In this document: positions 24,774-37,250 of the stretch, piece by piece
How the letters are laid out: each line of letters begins with the position of its first letter
Numbering within the stretch: position 1 is the stretch's first letter
Source: Chiloscyllium plagiosum
Taxonomy: Eukaryota
Assembly: GCF_004010195.1 (NCBI RefSeq)
Contig: NC_057717.1
Location: 32,353,218-32,417,217 of the forward strand
Direction of reading: 5' to 3'
DNA: 64,000 bases
The notes under the pieces: model-generated
Database searches by the model: none
The model's input: the letters and a program-made list of their open reading frames with translations, nothing else
Told to the model about the DNA's origin: nothing
Translations under genes and position numbers: made by a program

Positions 24774-24779
24774 AATAAA
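24774..24779 (+). terminator. Candidate membrane-form polyadenylation signal
   Basis: First AATAAA noticed downstream of TM2. Confidence 0.45.
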
Positions 24780-26689
24780 TCTCGAATGAATATGCACTTA
24801 ACTTGAGTTTGCTTAATTCTTTGTTCAAGGCCACTCAGTAATAATACATTTACCCACATCCTACTCCTTTCCCAGCCAAATACTTTCACTTGTTCTGTTT
24901 GTTTGTGTTTCATCCAGTCATTTAGTTTAATGCTGCGCTGCCATGCAGCCCACTAATGTAAATACATCTTTCATGCGATATGCCTGATGGACCACTCCAG
25001 AGGCAGAATGATTAGAGAACATTTCCTCTTATGCACCAAGGGTCACTGCCTCGGGTCACGTAATGATATAAATTAGGTGCTTTGCTCTACCAGAAACCTA
25101 TAAAAGGCAGGCAACGGAGTTTGAAATTTACTCTACACAGTCTAAACTAAATGTACTCCCAATGTCGGGACAGCCTGGCTTAGTAATGCAGAAATCACCA
25201 CCTAAAGCGACGAACGAAACATTCATCAGCCAAAAATGTCAACGTTCAGTCAGGTATTCAGACACAACACGTGCACAATCCCAGGGCGGATTCTCAGAAC
25301 TAGAGTTTTTCTCACACATAAATCTCATGGAGCACAAACCCGGTATCTATTTGACACACCACACCTGTCAAATCCCAGGGAATGAGACTAAGATCTATCT
25401 GATACAGGGATATTACTGAACAGCAACCCTAAAAAATAATAAATCAGAGGTCGATGTTGATCAGGGCAGGCAGAGCTCATAAGTAAATATTCAGCCATTG
25501 GGATCTACATGACAGAAGACGGAATTGAGAACCAATCATAGGAACTGTTAACAGAGTCTGGAAAATATCAGCAGAGGAGAACAGTCCCAATTTCTCAGAG
25601 TTGGTGAGGTGTATCATCCTGGGAATAATGTTGTCAATCAGTCACACATCTAATCTCATAACTTTGCATTTTTTCAAAAACATGGCACCTGAAACTGGAT
25701 GCAATATTCCAGGTGAGACAAGAGACTGTTTTATTTTAGTTTAACATAATTGCTTTGTGTTTGTTCTCTACAGCGTTATTGATGAAGTAGCGTTTATTTG
25801 CTCTTCTGTCCACGTGTCATGGTACATTCCCTGATTTGCGCACATATACACGGAGAATGCTCTGCTCCTTCACACCTTTGGGTTTACCCTCTTCCTATTG
25901 TAAGTTCCCCTGAGTTCATCACAAAACAAAGAAGCACGTTACACCTCCCTGAGACTGAGATCTAACTGACACACCGATATTAATGAATAACAATCCTCAG
26001 AAATTATAAATCAAAAGTTGATTTCGATCAGGGAAGGCAGAGATTAGAAGTTCTGGAAGCGCTGCTGCTTTCCATGTCCTTTCCCTCAACCCCTCTGTCA
26101 AACTTGAAGCTCTTAGCTGTTCTTCCAATATCCGAACATTTTACCTTAAATTGCGATAAATATTTTTCTGTAATTTTGCATTATAGACCAAAGCACAGGT
26201 TGAAAAAACAAGGACTCCAAACACTGAACTCTGAGAATGTACACGATAAGGCAACCTACATTCTGAAACGGCAAACACCCGTTAACAAATGGTTAACAAG
26301 TACAAAACAGTGGGTAAGATTAACTTGATTTATCAAAATAAAAGGAAAATACTCTGGACGTACAGTGGGTGTAGGCAAGACCTGAGCAGACAGAATGGAG
26401 TTCGTTTTTTTTAAATTATTGTTTATGTCCAGAATTTTCCTTCCACACAATGTACCTTTTTATTACCCATCACCAAGTCACCCATAGTACTTTTATTTTC
26501 AGCTACTAACCATCACTGGTAAATTGAATAATTTATGTTCAAAGCCCCTCCCATCATCAAAGGTACGGCAGAGGAAGGAAGAGCTAGAAGGAGATTGGAG
26601 TCAATTTTTCTTGTGGTGAAACATTACTGCTGTTCTAACACAAGTGATTTCTGAAGAATGGTCCAGTGAAGCTATGTTGATGGAATTCA

Positions 26690-29600
26690 TAGCAGGGAGC
26701 GGGGCGAGCTGGATGGAAGTGAGGTTGGAGCGCAGAGCTGGTCGGGAAGGTTAGTGATTGATATATAAAGAACTTACCTCGATGTCAACGGTGTTTTCAC
26801 AGCAGAGAGCGGCGCGAGCTGGGCGGAAGTGAGGTTGGAGCGCAGAGCTGGTCGGGAAGGTAAGTGATTGATATTTGAGTGGGTGTGTTCTAGACCCCAG
26901 GCCCTACACAGTCGGGCCTCCCTCCCATCCTCCTCCTCTAACATAATTTTAAAGTCCAAAGGTAAGCTACTCAGTGTTCTTGTTTTGGAGACGAGGTGTA
27001 GAGTAATGGCAGCGCAGGCAGTTGAATGTTCCTCCTGCAGGATGTTCGAGGTAGGGGTGACCACCGATTCTCCTGCCGACTTCATCTGCAGGAAATCAGG
27101 CTGATCCTGCTCCTCACAGAACGAGTTAGGGAACTGGAACTGGAGTTGGATGAACTGAGGATTATTCGAGAGGCTGAGAGGGTGATAGATAGAAGCCACA
27201 GGGACATAGCTGTGCCAGAGAACAGAGGTAGCTGGGTAACAGTTAGAGGTGGGAAGGGGAGGAAGCAGGCAGTGCAGGGATCCCCTGTGGTCGTTCCCAT
27301 AAACAATGAGTATACCGCTTTGGATACTGTTGGGGGGGACGGCCTAGCAGGGGTAAGCTGCAGTGACAGGGTCTGTGGCGCGAGGTCTGGCTCTGAGACT
27401 CAGAAGGGAAATGGGGAGTGGAGGAGAGCGCCAGTTATAGGAGACTCTATAGTTAGTGGGACGGACAGGTGGTTCTGTGGACATGGGCGAGACTCTCGGA
27501 TGGTTTGTTGCCTCCTGGGTGCCAGGGTCCGAGATGTCTCGGACCGTGTCTTCAGAATCCTTAAGGGGGAGGGTGTGCAGCCAGAGGTCGTGGTGCACGT
27601 TGGCACCAACAGCATAGGTAGGAAGAGGGGTGGGGAGGTCATTCAAGAGCTCAAGGAGTTAGGCTGGAAGCTAAAAGCTAGGACAGACAGAGTCGTCATC
27701 TCTGGGTTGTTGCCAGTGCCACATGACAGTGAGGCTAGGAACAGGGAGAGAGTGCAGTTGAACACATGGCTGCAAGGATGGTGTAGGAGGGAGGGCTTCA
27801 GGTATTTGGACAATTGGACTGCATTCTGGGGAAGATGGGACCTGTACAAACAAGACGGGTTGCACCTGAACCAGAAGGGCACCAATATCCTGGGCGTTGC
27901 TAATTAGAAATGGTATAACAGCTGCAGAAAGGCAGTTCGAGGGGGATCTGCCTTTGTAGGTAGTATGGGCTGAAGTCAGAAATAGGAAAGGTGCAGTCAT
28001 CTTGTTGGGTGTTTACTATAGGCCCCCTAATAGCAGCAGAGATGTGGAGAAACAGATTGGGAAACAGATTTTGGAAAGGTGCAGAAGCCACAGGGTTGTA
28101 GTTATGGGCGATTTCAACTTCCCAAATATTGATTGCAAGCTCTTTCGATCAAGTAGATTGGATGGGGCGGTGTTTGCGCAGTGTGTCCAGGAAGCTTTTC
28201 TAACTCAGTACGCAGATTGTCCGACCACAGTGGAGGCCATATTGGATTTGGTACTCGGTAATGAACCGGGACAAGTGATGGGCTTGTTAGTGGGTGAACA
28301 TTTTGGTGATGGTGACCACAATTCTGTGACTTCCACCTTGGTTATGGAGAGAGATAGGTGCGTGCAACAGGGTAGGTTTTACAATTGGGGGAAGGGTAAT
28401 TACGATGCTGTAAGACAGGATCTGAGGAGCAAAAGTTGGGAGCATAGGCTGTCAGGGAATGATGTCGTGGAAATGTGGAACATTTTCAAGGAACAGATAC
28501 CACGTGTCCTTGATATGTATGGGTTCAGACAGAGCAGTGGAGTGATACAGGATAGCCAGAAGGGACCTGAAAAAAGGGATTCGGAGAGCTAAGAGAGGGC
28601 ATGAAAAATCTTTGGCGGATAGGATCAAGGATAACTCAAAGGCATTTTACGCCTATGTGAGAAACATGAGAATGACGAGAACGAGGGTAGGTCCGATCAA
28701 GGACAGTAGTAGGAGACTGTGTATTAGGAGATACACAGATAGGAGAGGTCTTGAATGAGTACTTTTCTTCAGTATTTACGAACGAGAGGGACCGTATTGT
28801 TGAAGAGGAGAGTGTGAAACGGACTGGTAAGCTGGAGGATTCTGGATCAGTGGTGCTGGAAGAGCACAGCAATTCAGGCAGCATCCGAGGACAGGCAAAA
28901 TCGACGTTTCGGGCAAAGGTCCTTCATCAGGAATAAATGGGAGGAGATACTTGTTAGGAAGGAAGATGTGTTGGACATTTTGAACAACTTGCGGATAGAC
29001 AAGTTCCCCGGGCCTGACGGGATATATCCTAGGATTATGTGGGAAGCAAGAGAGGAAATTGCAGTACCGTTAGCAATGATCTTTTCATCTTCACTGTCAA
29101 CGGGGCTGGTACCAGGAGATTGGCGAATGTTGTGCCCCTGTTCCAAAAAGGGAATAGGGATAACCCCGGGAATTACAGGCCAGATGGTCTTACTTCAGTG
29201 GTCGGCAAAGTAATAGAAAGGGTACTGAGGGATAGGATTTATGAGTATCTGGAAAGACACTGCTTGATTAGGGACAGCCAGCACGGATTTGTGAAGGGTA
29301 GGTCTTGCCTTACAAGTCTTATTGAATTCTTTGAGGAGGTGACCAAGCATGTGGATGAGGGTAGAGCAGTGGATGTACTATACATGGATTTTAGTAAGGC
29401 ATTTGATAAGGTTCCCCATGGTAGGCTTATGCGGAAAGTCAGGAGGCATGGGATAGAGGGAAATTTGGCCAATTGGATAGAAAATTGGCTAACCGGTCCA
29501 AGTCAGAGTGGTGGTAGATGGTAAATATTTAGCCTGGAGCCCAGTTACAAGTAGAGTTCCGCAGAGATCAGTTCTGGGTCCTCTGGTGTTTGTAATTTTT

Positions 29601-30514
29601 ATTAATGACTTAGATGAGGAGTCGAAGGGTGGGTCAGTACATTTGCAGATGATACGAAGATTGGTGGAGTTGTGGATCGTGAGCAGGGCTGTTGTCGGCT
29701 GCACAGGGACTTAGATAAGATGCAGAGCTGGGCTGCTGAGGAGTAGATGGAGTTCAACCCTGCCAAGTGTGAGGTTGTCCATTTTGGAAAGACAAATAAG
29801 AATGCGGAATACAGCATTAACGGTAGGGTTCTTAGTGAGGTGGAGGAACAGAGGCATCTTGGGGTCCATGTTCATAGATCTTTGAAAGTTGCCACTCAGG
29901 TGGATAGAGCTTGTAATAAGGCATATTGTGTATTAGCGTTCATTAGCAGAGGGATTGAATTCAAGAGTCGTGAAGTGATGTTGCAACTGTACAGGACATT
30001 GGTTAGGCCACATTTGCAGTACTTTGTGCAGTTCTGGTCGCCTCACTTTAGGAAATATGTGGAAGCTTTGGAGTGGGTGCAGAGAAGATTTACCAGGATG
30101 TTTCCTGGAATGGAGAATAGGTCGTACGAGGATAGGTTGAGAGTGCAGGCCTTTTCTCGTTGGAACGGCGAAGGATGACGGGTGACTTGATAGAGGTTTA
30201 TAAGATGATCAGAGGAATAGATAGAGTAGACTGTCAGAAACTTTTCCCCCCGGTACAACAGTGTTACAAGGGGACATAAATTTAAGGTGAAGGGTGGAAG
30301 GTATAGGGGAGATGTCAGCGGTGGGTTCTTTACCCAGAGAGTGGTGAGGGCATGGAATGCGCTGCCTGTGGGAGTGGTAGAGTCAGAATCTTTGGTGACC
30401 TTTAAGCGGCAATTGGATAGGTATATGGATGGGTGCTTAAGCTAGGACAAATTTTCGGCACGACATCGTGGGCCGAAGGGCCTTTTCTGTGCTGTATTGT
30501 TCTATGTTCTATAG
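26690..30514 (+). mobile_element. Near-full-length CR1 LINE (5'UTR, ORF1, ORF2 endonuclease-RT, 3' tail), inactivated
   Basis: ORF1 from ATG 27006 (MAAQAVECSSC...FIC zinc motif, coiled coil ELELELDELR, SGNH esterase GDS/GTN/DGLHLN); APE VYYRPP, GDFNFPNID, DHN; RT YMDFSKAFDKVPH, FADDTK; tail TTCTATGTTCTATAG. Frameshifts and deletions present. Confidence 0.95.
28840..28939 (-). mobile_element. Short Penelope-end-derived insertion in CR1 ORF2, flanked by a GGAGGA duplication
   Basis: Nearly matches the terminus of the 40861-42598 element; GGAGGA at 28834-39 and 28940-45. Confidence 0.85.
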
Positions 30515-30529
30515 ATAAGAAGACCATGA

Positions 30530-31300
30530 TTATGCGATTGTAATAGTTCCCCCGGTAGTCAGAGTGAAATTGAGTAACAAATATGTTGAGAGATCTTATT
30601 TATATGTAAGAATAATAGGATTGTAATAATAGCAAATTTTAACCTTCCAAACATAAAGTGGGACAACCATGGTCTTAAGAGCTTGGGTCGTGAGGAATTT
30701 GGTAAGTGCTAAAGTCAATTTTCTTCATTAATATGCAGATGTAACTACCACAGAAGGAGCAAACCTGACCTACTATTGTGATATAAGGCAGGCAAGTGAC
30801 TGAATGGTTAATAGGGGCGCTTTTTGGGGCCGGGGTCATAATTCGTTTAGTTGTATAGCATCTGTGAAAAGGATTGGCATTATATATAAGTTAAATTTCT
30901 TAATTGGACTAGGGAAAATTTTGATAGTTTGAGACAAAAACATTCAAGGTTTGATTGGAGTAGACTGTTTGCAGCTCAAGGGACGGCCGGCAAGAGTGAA
31001 GCTTTCAGAAGTGAGATAACAAGAGTTCGGAGGCGTGATGTTCCTGTTAGTGTGAAGATAAGGCTGGTAAGAGGAGGGAATACTAGAGGAATAAAGATAT
31101 TGAGGCTCTGGTTCAGATTAAGAATGAATCGTATATTAGATATAGATAAATGAGATCAAATGAATCTCGAAGAGTACAAGAGGTGCAGGGACATTCTAAA
31201 GAGGGAATTGAGGAGGGCAAGAAAGGAAAATGAGATAGCCTTGGTAGCTAATGTTAAAGATAATCCAAAAAGATTTGACGAGTACATGTAGAGCAAAGGG
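30530..31300 (+). mobile_element. Degenerate CR1 endonuclease/linker fragment
   Basis: TTTAACCTTCCAAACATA..TGGGAC (FNLPNI.W), AAAGATAATCCAAAAAGATTT (K.NPKRF). Confidence 0.65.
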
Positions 31301-31304
31301 GTAG

Positions 31305-31755
31305 ATCATCGAGTCATGGAGATGTACAACTTGAAAACAGATCTTTCAGTCTCACTTACCCATGCTGACCAGATATTCTAAACTAATCTAGTCCCATTTG
31401 CCAGTACTTGGCCCATATCCCTCGAAACCCTTCCTATTCATATAAACAATCAGATGCCTTTTGAATGTTGAAATTGCACCAGCCTCCACCACTTCCTCTG
31501 GCAGTTAATTCCATACACACCATCCTCTGCATGAAAAAGTTACTCCTTAGGTACTTTCAACTTGTTCCCCTTTCACTCGAAACCTATATTCAAGAGTATA
31601 GCTTTAGATGAGACTCCACCCATCCAATGGAAAATAACTTGTCTATTCACTGTATCCATGCCTCTGATGATTTTATAAGCCTTTATGAAGTCACCCCTCA
31701 GCCTCCAACGCTCCAGAGAAATCAGCCCCAGCCTATTCAGCCTCTCCCTATATAA
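31305..31755 (-). mobile_element. CR1 3' fragment
   Basis: Similar to the 12383-12830 minus-strand CR1 3' end. Confidence 0.8.
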
Positions 31756-31941
31756 CTCTACTTGGTTGTGAATATGTATAAGCCGAGAGGGATGGCTTCA
31801 TAAATCATGTTGCATTTTATATAAATGATGTTTTTTATTATAATTTAGCTTAAAATGGAGGATGAGTGCCTTTTCAATTTCATACCAGTTGGACAGAGAG
31901 ACCTGGGGAAATAAACTGCAACAAAAAAATGGACAAAAAGT

Positions 31942-32441
31942 NNNNNNNNNNNNNNNNNNNNNNNNNNNNNNNNNNNNNNNNNNNNNNNNNNNNNNNNNNN
32001 NNNNNNNNNNNNNNNNNNNNNNNNNNNNNNNNNNNNNNNNNNNNNNNNNNNNNNNNNNNNNNNNNNNNNNNNNNNNNNNNNNNNNNNNNNNNNNNNNNNN
32101 NNNNNNNNNNNNNNNNNNNNNNNNNNNNNNNNNNNNNNNNNNNNNNNNNNNNNNNNNNNNNNNNNNNNNNNNNNNNNNNNNNNNNNNNNNNNNNNNNNNN
32201 NNNNNNNNNNNNNNNNNNNNNNNNNNNNNNNNNNNNNNNNNNNNNNNNNNNNNNNNNNNNNNNNNNNNNNNNNNNNNNNNNNNNNNNNNNNNNNNNNNNN
32301 NNNNNNNNNNNNNNNNNNNNNNNNNNNNNNNNNNNNNNNNNNNNNNNNNNNNNNNNNNNNNNNNNNNNNNNNNNNNNNNNNNNNNNNNNNNNNNNNNNNN
32401 NNNNNNNNNNNNNNNNNNNNNNNNNNNNNNNNNNNNNNNNN
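31942..32441. other. Assembly gap (500 N)
   Basis: Run of N. Confidence 1.
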
Positions 32442-32442
32442 A

Positions 32443-33052
32443 AGAGCACAGGTCCCAGAGCCAATCCCCGGTGAACACCGTTGGTCACTGAGCTCCAGGC
32501 TGAATACTTTCCATCTGCTACCATCTTCTGCCTTCTTTGGTCGAGCCAAGTCCATATCCAGACAGCCACATTTCCCTGCATCCCATGCTTCCTTACTTTA
32601 TGAATGAGCCTACAATGGGGAACCTTATCAAACACCTTTCTAGAATTCGTGTTCACCACATCTACTGGTGTACCTTCATCAACATGTTTTTTCACACCTT
32701 CAAAGAATTCAATAAGGTTTCTGAGGGATGACCTGCCCCTCACAAAGCCATGCTGACCATCTCTAATCAAACTATCGTTTTCTAAATAATTTCAAATCCT
32801 ATCTCAGAATTGTCTCCAATACTTTGCCTACCGCTGATGTAAAACTTACTGTTCTATCATTCCCAGGGTTATCCCGATTCCCTTCCCTGAACAAGGGAAT
32901 AATATTTGCTACCCTCCAATCATCTGGTACTACTCTAGTGGACAGTGAAGACACAAAGATCATTACCAAAGACACATCAATCTCTTTCAATACTTCCTGG
33001 AGTAACCTCGTGTATACCCCATTTAGCCCAGGGGGTTTATCTATCCTTATGT
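32443..33052 (-). mobile_element. CR1 RT fragment
   Basis: DDWRVANIIPLFREGNRDNPGN, QHGFVRGRSSLRNLIEFFE, FDKVPH. Confidence 0.9.
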
Positions 33053-33974
33053 TTGTACTTCCATCAGACTGTACTTCCCCTCAACTTGTCTAACCCTATC
33101 CAACCAATTGATTGACTGCTTTCATCTTCAGTACTATATGAAGTGCTGCCTTCCTGAGTAAGTACAGTTCCCAACGTCCTGCGAATCACGGAAGCAAAAA
33201 AGGTTCCCCAATGCCTTCATGATAAAGAGCACATGCCCGAACTATTGACTCTCCTGCTCGTCGGATGCTGCCTGACCTGCTGTGCGTTTCCAGTACCCCA
33301 CTTTTCGACTCTGACCTCCATCAACTGCAGTCCTCACTTTCTCCACTACTGAGGGCTGTCCCCACTGCACACTGAACGGGGAATTAACCACCAGAAATAC
33401 ATTGTATGTGGAGCTGACTGTTCAGATCTGGAAAGTTGCACTTGTTGAATTCATTTTTTTAGAAGAAGTTACAATTCAATAAATATTCGTTCAGTCCCAG
33501 AGTCACATTTTTGGTTCATGGTTTGGGTAGCCTGAAAACAAATAGTTAATGATTGAAGAGCTCTGAAGCACAGAATATTCCAGGTGTTATATTCCAGCTT
33601 ATGTTAATGCTGGGAGTATTATCAGACAGACTGATGTGATAATGGCATGAGTTGACATGTGGAGGTGGAACATTTTGCCATTTCAGAGACGTGTTTGAAA
33701 GAGGTCAGGGCTAAAACTCAATAGTCTCTTGTACTGGAACTATAGGCAGGACAGGAGATGGTGTTAAAGAGGAGGTAATGTTGCATTATTAATTAAGGAA
33801 CAGTTACTGTAGTAAGGAGGGACGATATCTTGGACGCGTCTACAAATGAGGCTTTATCGGTCAAGGTGAGGGTCCAAACAATGACAGACATAAGGCTGGA
33901 GATATTTTATCGAGCTCCAGAAAGATGAAAATACAGGAGCAGATATATAACCAATTCACTGACGTGTGAAAAAG

Positions 33975-34222
33975 CGGCTGGAGATGTTAGAGAGAGATAG
34001 AAAAGCAAGGCTAGAGATGTTAGAGAGAGATAGAAAAGCGAGGCTGGAGATGTTACAGATAGAAAGGAAGGCAAGGCTGGAGACGTTACAGAGATAGGAA
34101 AGGATGGCTGGAGACGTTACAGAGATGGGAAAGCTAGGCTGGAAATGTTACAGAGATATAAAAGCAAGGCTGGAGATGTTGCAGAGACAGGAAAGCAAGG
34201 CTTGGAATATTACAGAGACAGC
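33975..34222. repeat. ~31-bp tandem minisatellite (AGGCTGGAGATGTTACAGAGATAGAAAAGC), about 8 units
   Basis: Direct periodicity. Confidence 0.85.
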
Positions 34223-34529
34223 GTGGCCTGTGCATGCTAGAATAGATTAGTGAGATACTTTTAAATTAATTCACAGGATGTGTAGAAAGGTGAAGCATCT
34301 GGAGGTTAGAGAGATGCGGAGGGGTGTGGGGGCTGGCGAAATTTACAGTGATAGATGGGGCTGGAGTATGAGGTAAATATTGTAGTGATATGGAAGGTTA
34401 CTGAGATACATATGGATGTAGTGGCTGGATGACATGATAGGGAAAGATAGAGATTAACATAGATAGTTTAAAAACGGAATTGTGCAATGTCTTAATAGAG
34501 AAAATATTGCAGAAATAAGTTGATGAATC

Positions 34530-37250
34530 AGTGTCCCTCTACATTGAACAACACTTGGAGGACTCACTGACAGAGTGAACGAGCTGGAGAATCTATACTG
34601 GGTGGGCCATTTCAAAACCACCACCCAGAGGGGCACAGCAGCAGCATTGCTGATCGAGATGGTCGGTTCCAAACGAACATAGCTGCGAGACTGTTTCGGT
34701 ACCGGGTGGAGAGGGAACGATTGACAGGGAGAAACATACTTGACCTCATCCTCACCAACCTATCGGCTGCAGAGACATTAATCGATTAGCACTTTGGGAA
34801 CAGTGTATACCGCACACAGTATATCTGGAGACAAAGTCCCACTTTTACTTTGTGTGCCTGTGCGTATTTGTGTGCACGTGCGTGTGTGTGTACATGCATC
34901 AGCGCAAATGTGAGATACACATGTCCAGAGCTTAACGGGACAGATTTCAAAGAGATCTAGAACTCAGCACTGGCCTGTGTGAGGTGATTCGAGTCATCAG
35001 CAGCAAAATTGTACTCTCGCACAATTTTCACTGTCACTGCCTGGCATATGCTCCACTTTACCCTGACCATCAGGCCAGTGGATAAACTCTTGTTCAATGG
35101 AGAATACAGGAGGGCTGGCCAGGAGCAGCACCAGGTACACCTCAAAATGAAGTGACATTACTGAACAGGACCACTTACTCACCAAATAGCATAAACAGCC
35201 AGTGACAGACAGATCTAACTAACAATTCGATCTAATCGCTACAATCCTGTCATATGCAGTCAGGTCGAATGGTGGTGTCAATCAAACAACTCTGGCTGAG
35301 GAGGATTCCCACATAACATCTTCCTCAATGATGGAATGGCCCAACACAACAATAGAAAAGCTCAGTCTGAAACGACCACAACAAAGTTTGGACAGAAGTA
35401 TCGATAGGAGGATCTATGTTGGTCTCCTCCAGACGGCAGTCTTCAGCAAATTCGATTCACTGTGTGTGGTAATTCCAAACGACTGGAGAAATGGGGAATA
35501 CAAAGGCTGTGGGCCCTGATAACATTCCATTCAAGCTGTTCCTGCTGGTATACAGCACTGGCATCGACCTGTCAATGTGGGAAACTATCCGGTGTGTCCT
35601 GTACATACACAGACAAACCATCAGACAATCAATGTCTACCCCATTGGTCTCATCTCTATCATTAATAAAGGGATAGAAGATGTCACTCACAGTGGGATCA
35701 AGCAGCACTTCCTCAGCACCAAACTGCTCACTGAAGCTCAGTTTGGGCTCTCATCCCTTGGGCTCTTTGAAGCCTTGGTTTAATGATGTACAAGAGACCA
35801 TGCAGCTGAATTCTAGAGGTGAGACAACAGTGACTGAGCTTAACATCATCATATCTGCATTTGACCAAGTTTCCTATCAAGGATTAATGACAAAACTGGA
35901 GCAAATATGAACCGTTTGCACTGGTTGAAGTTATACCTGAAAGGAAAGTGGCTGGGGTTGGAGGAGAGCATCCATCTCAGCTCCAGGACAGCTCTGCAGC
36001 AGTTCCCCAGGGGAGGGGTTTCTGGGTAAACCTGTAGATCAGAAGTGGAAAGGTAAGGCACCATACCCCGACAGGATGATGGGGCTGCTCTCTCTTTGGA
36101 CAGAGACGACTGGTGGCAGTTTAACTGGACAGTCATCATGCTTCAAATAAGGGAGAGGTTGAGTTCTCCCTTTTCAGTCACCTCAGTCAGTGCAGAATTG
36201 AACCCACACTGTCGGCATTAATCTGCATTACAAACCGGCAGTCCAACTGATTGAGGTAGCCAAGTCCTCACTCAGTTATTTGGGAAAGCTACTGTAACAT
36301 TATTGTTTTCAGATATGTTGTTAGATACCTCTGGAGGAGGTGGAACTAGAAGCCAGCTTCCGAGCTCAGAGAGAGTGACAGCATCAGTGAGCTGTCAGAG
36401 TGCTCTCTGCCCTCGGCCCAATAATTTTCAGCTGCTTCATAAATGACAATCCCTACATTGTTAAGTCACAACTGGGGATGTTTGCCAATGATTGGACAAT
36501 GTTTAACACCATTCGTGATTTACTCAGATACTGAAGCAGTCCTTGTCCAAATGTACCAGGACCTGGAAATGTGTAAGTGTGTGCTTCACAGTGACAATAC
36601 AATTTCCATTACACATGTGCCAGACAACGATTACTTCTAACAATGGAAAATTAAACCAAATCCTCTAACGGTCAATGCCACCACCATAACTGAACACATA
36701 CCAAGCAATATCGCGGGGATTACCGTTAACGTGAACAGGACCTACCATATGATTCAATTACCCATTCCTGTGAAGGGCTTATGCTAAAACATTGAACCCC
36801 CTGTACCTCAGATGCTGCCTGACCTGTTTTGCTTTTCCAGCTTTTTGACGCATATAAATTCATTGGCTACAAGAATATGTCAGAGGCTAGAAATTCTGCA
36901 GTAATAACTCACCTCAGAATTTCTGAAAGCCTGTCCCCTATTGCTAAGACACATGTTGAATGTGTGTGATTAAATACTTCCATTTGCCTGTGTGAGTGCA
37001 GATTCACCCCTCATCCACTGATGCTCAGTAGCAGCAATACCTGCCATCTACTTGATGCTCTGCAGAAATTTACCAAGGCTCCTTACAACGAACCTCTGAA
37101 CCCCCGAACATCAATAAGGACAAGGGAAGCAGATACACGGGCCCTCCACCATCTTCGCGTTCTGTTCCAAGCCATCTACCATCCTGATTGGGAAGTATAT
37201 TGCCATTCCTTCAGTGTCACTGTTTCAAGTTCCCTATCTATCAATAAATG
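34530..37250 (+). mobile_element. Old degenerate non-LTR retrotransposon ORF2 with nested SINE pieces (~36050-36390)
   Basis: CTTGACCTCATCCTCACCAACC (LDLILTN), KAVGPDNIP, AQFG, SAFDQV and FSCFIND motifs, scattered with many lesions. Confidence 0.7.

Noticed and set aside
27026-27907. 293-aa SGNH-hydrolase-like ORF as a host gene
   Set aside because: It is CR1 ORF1 (esterase domain), directly followed by APE and RT remnants.
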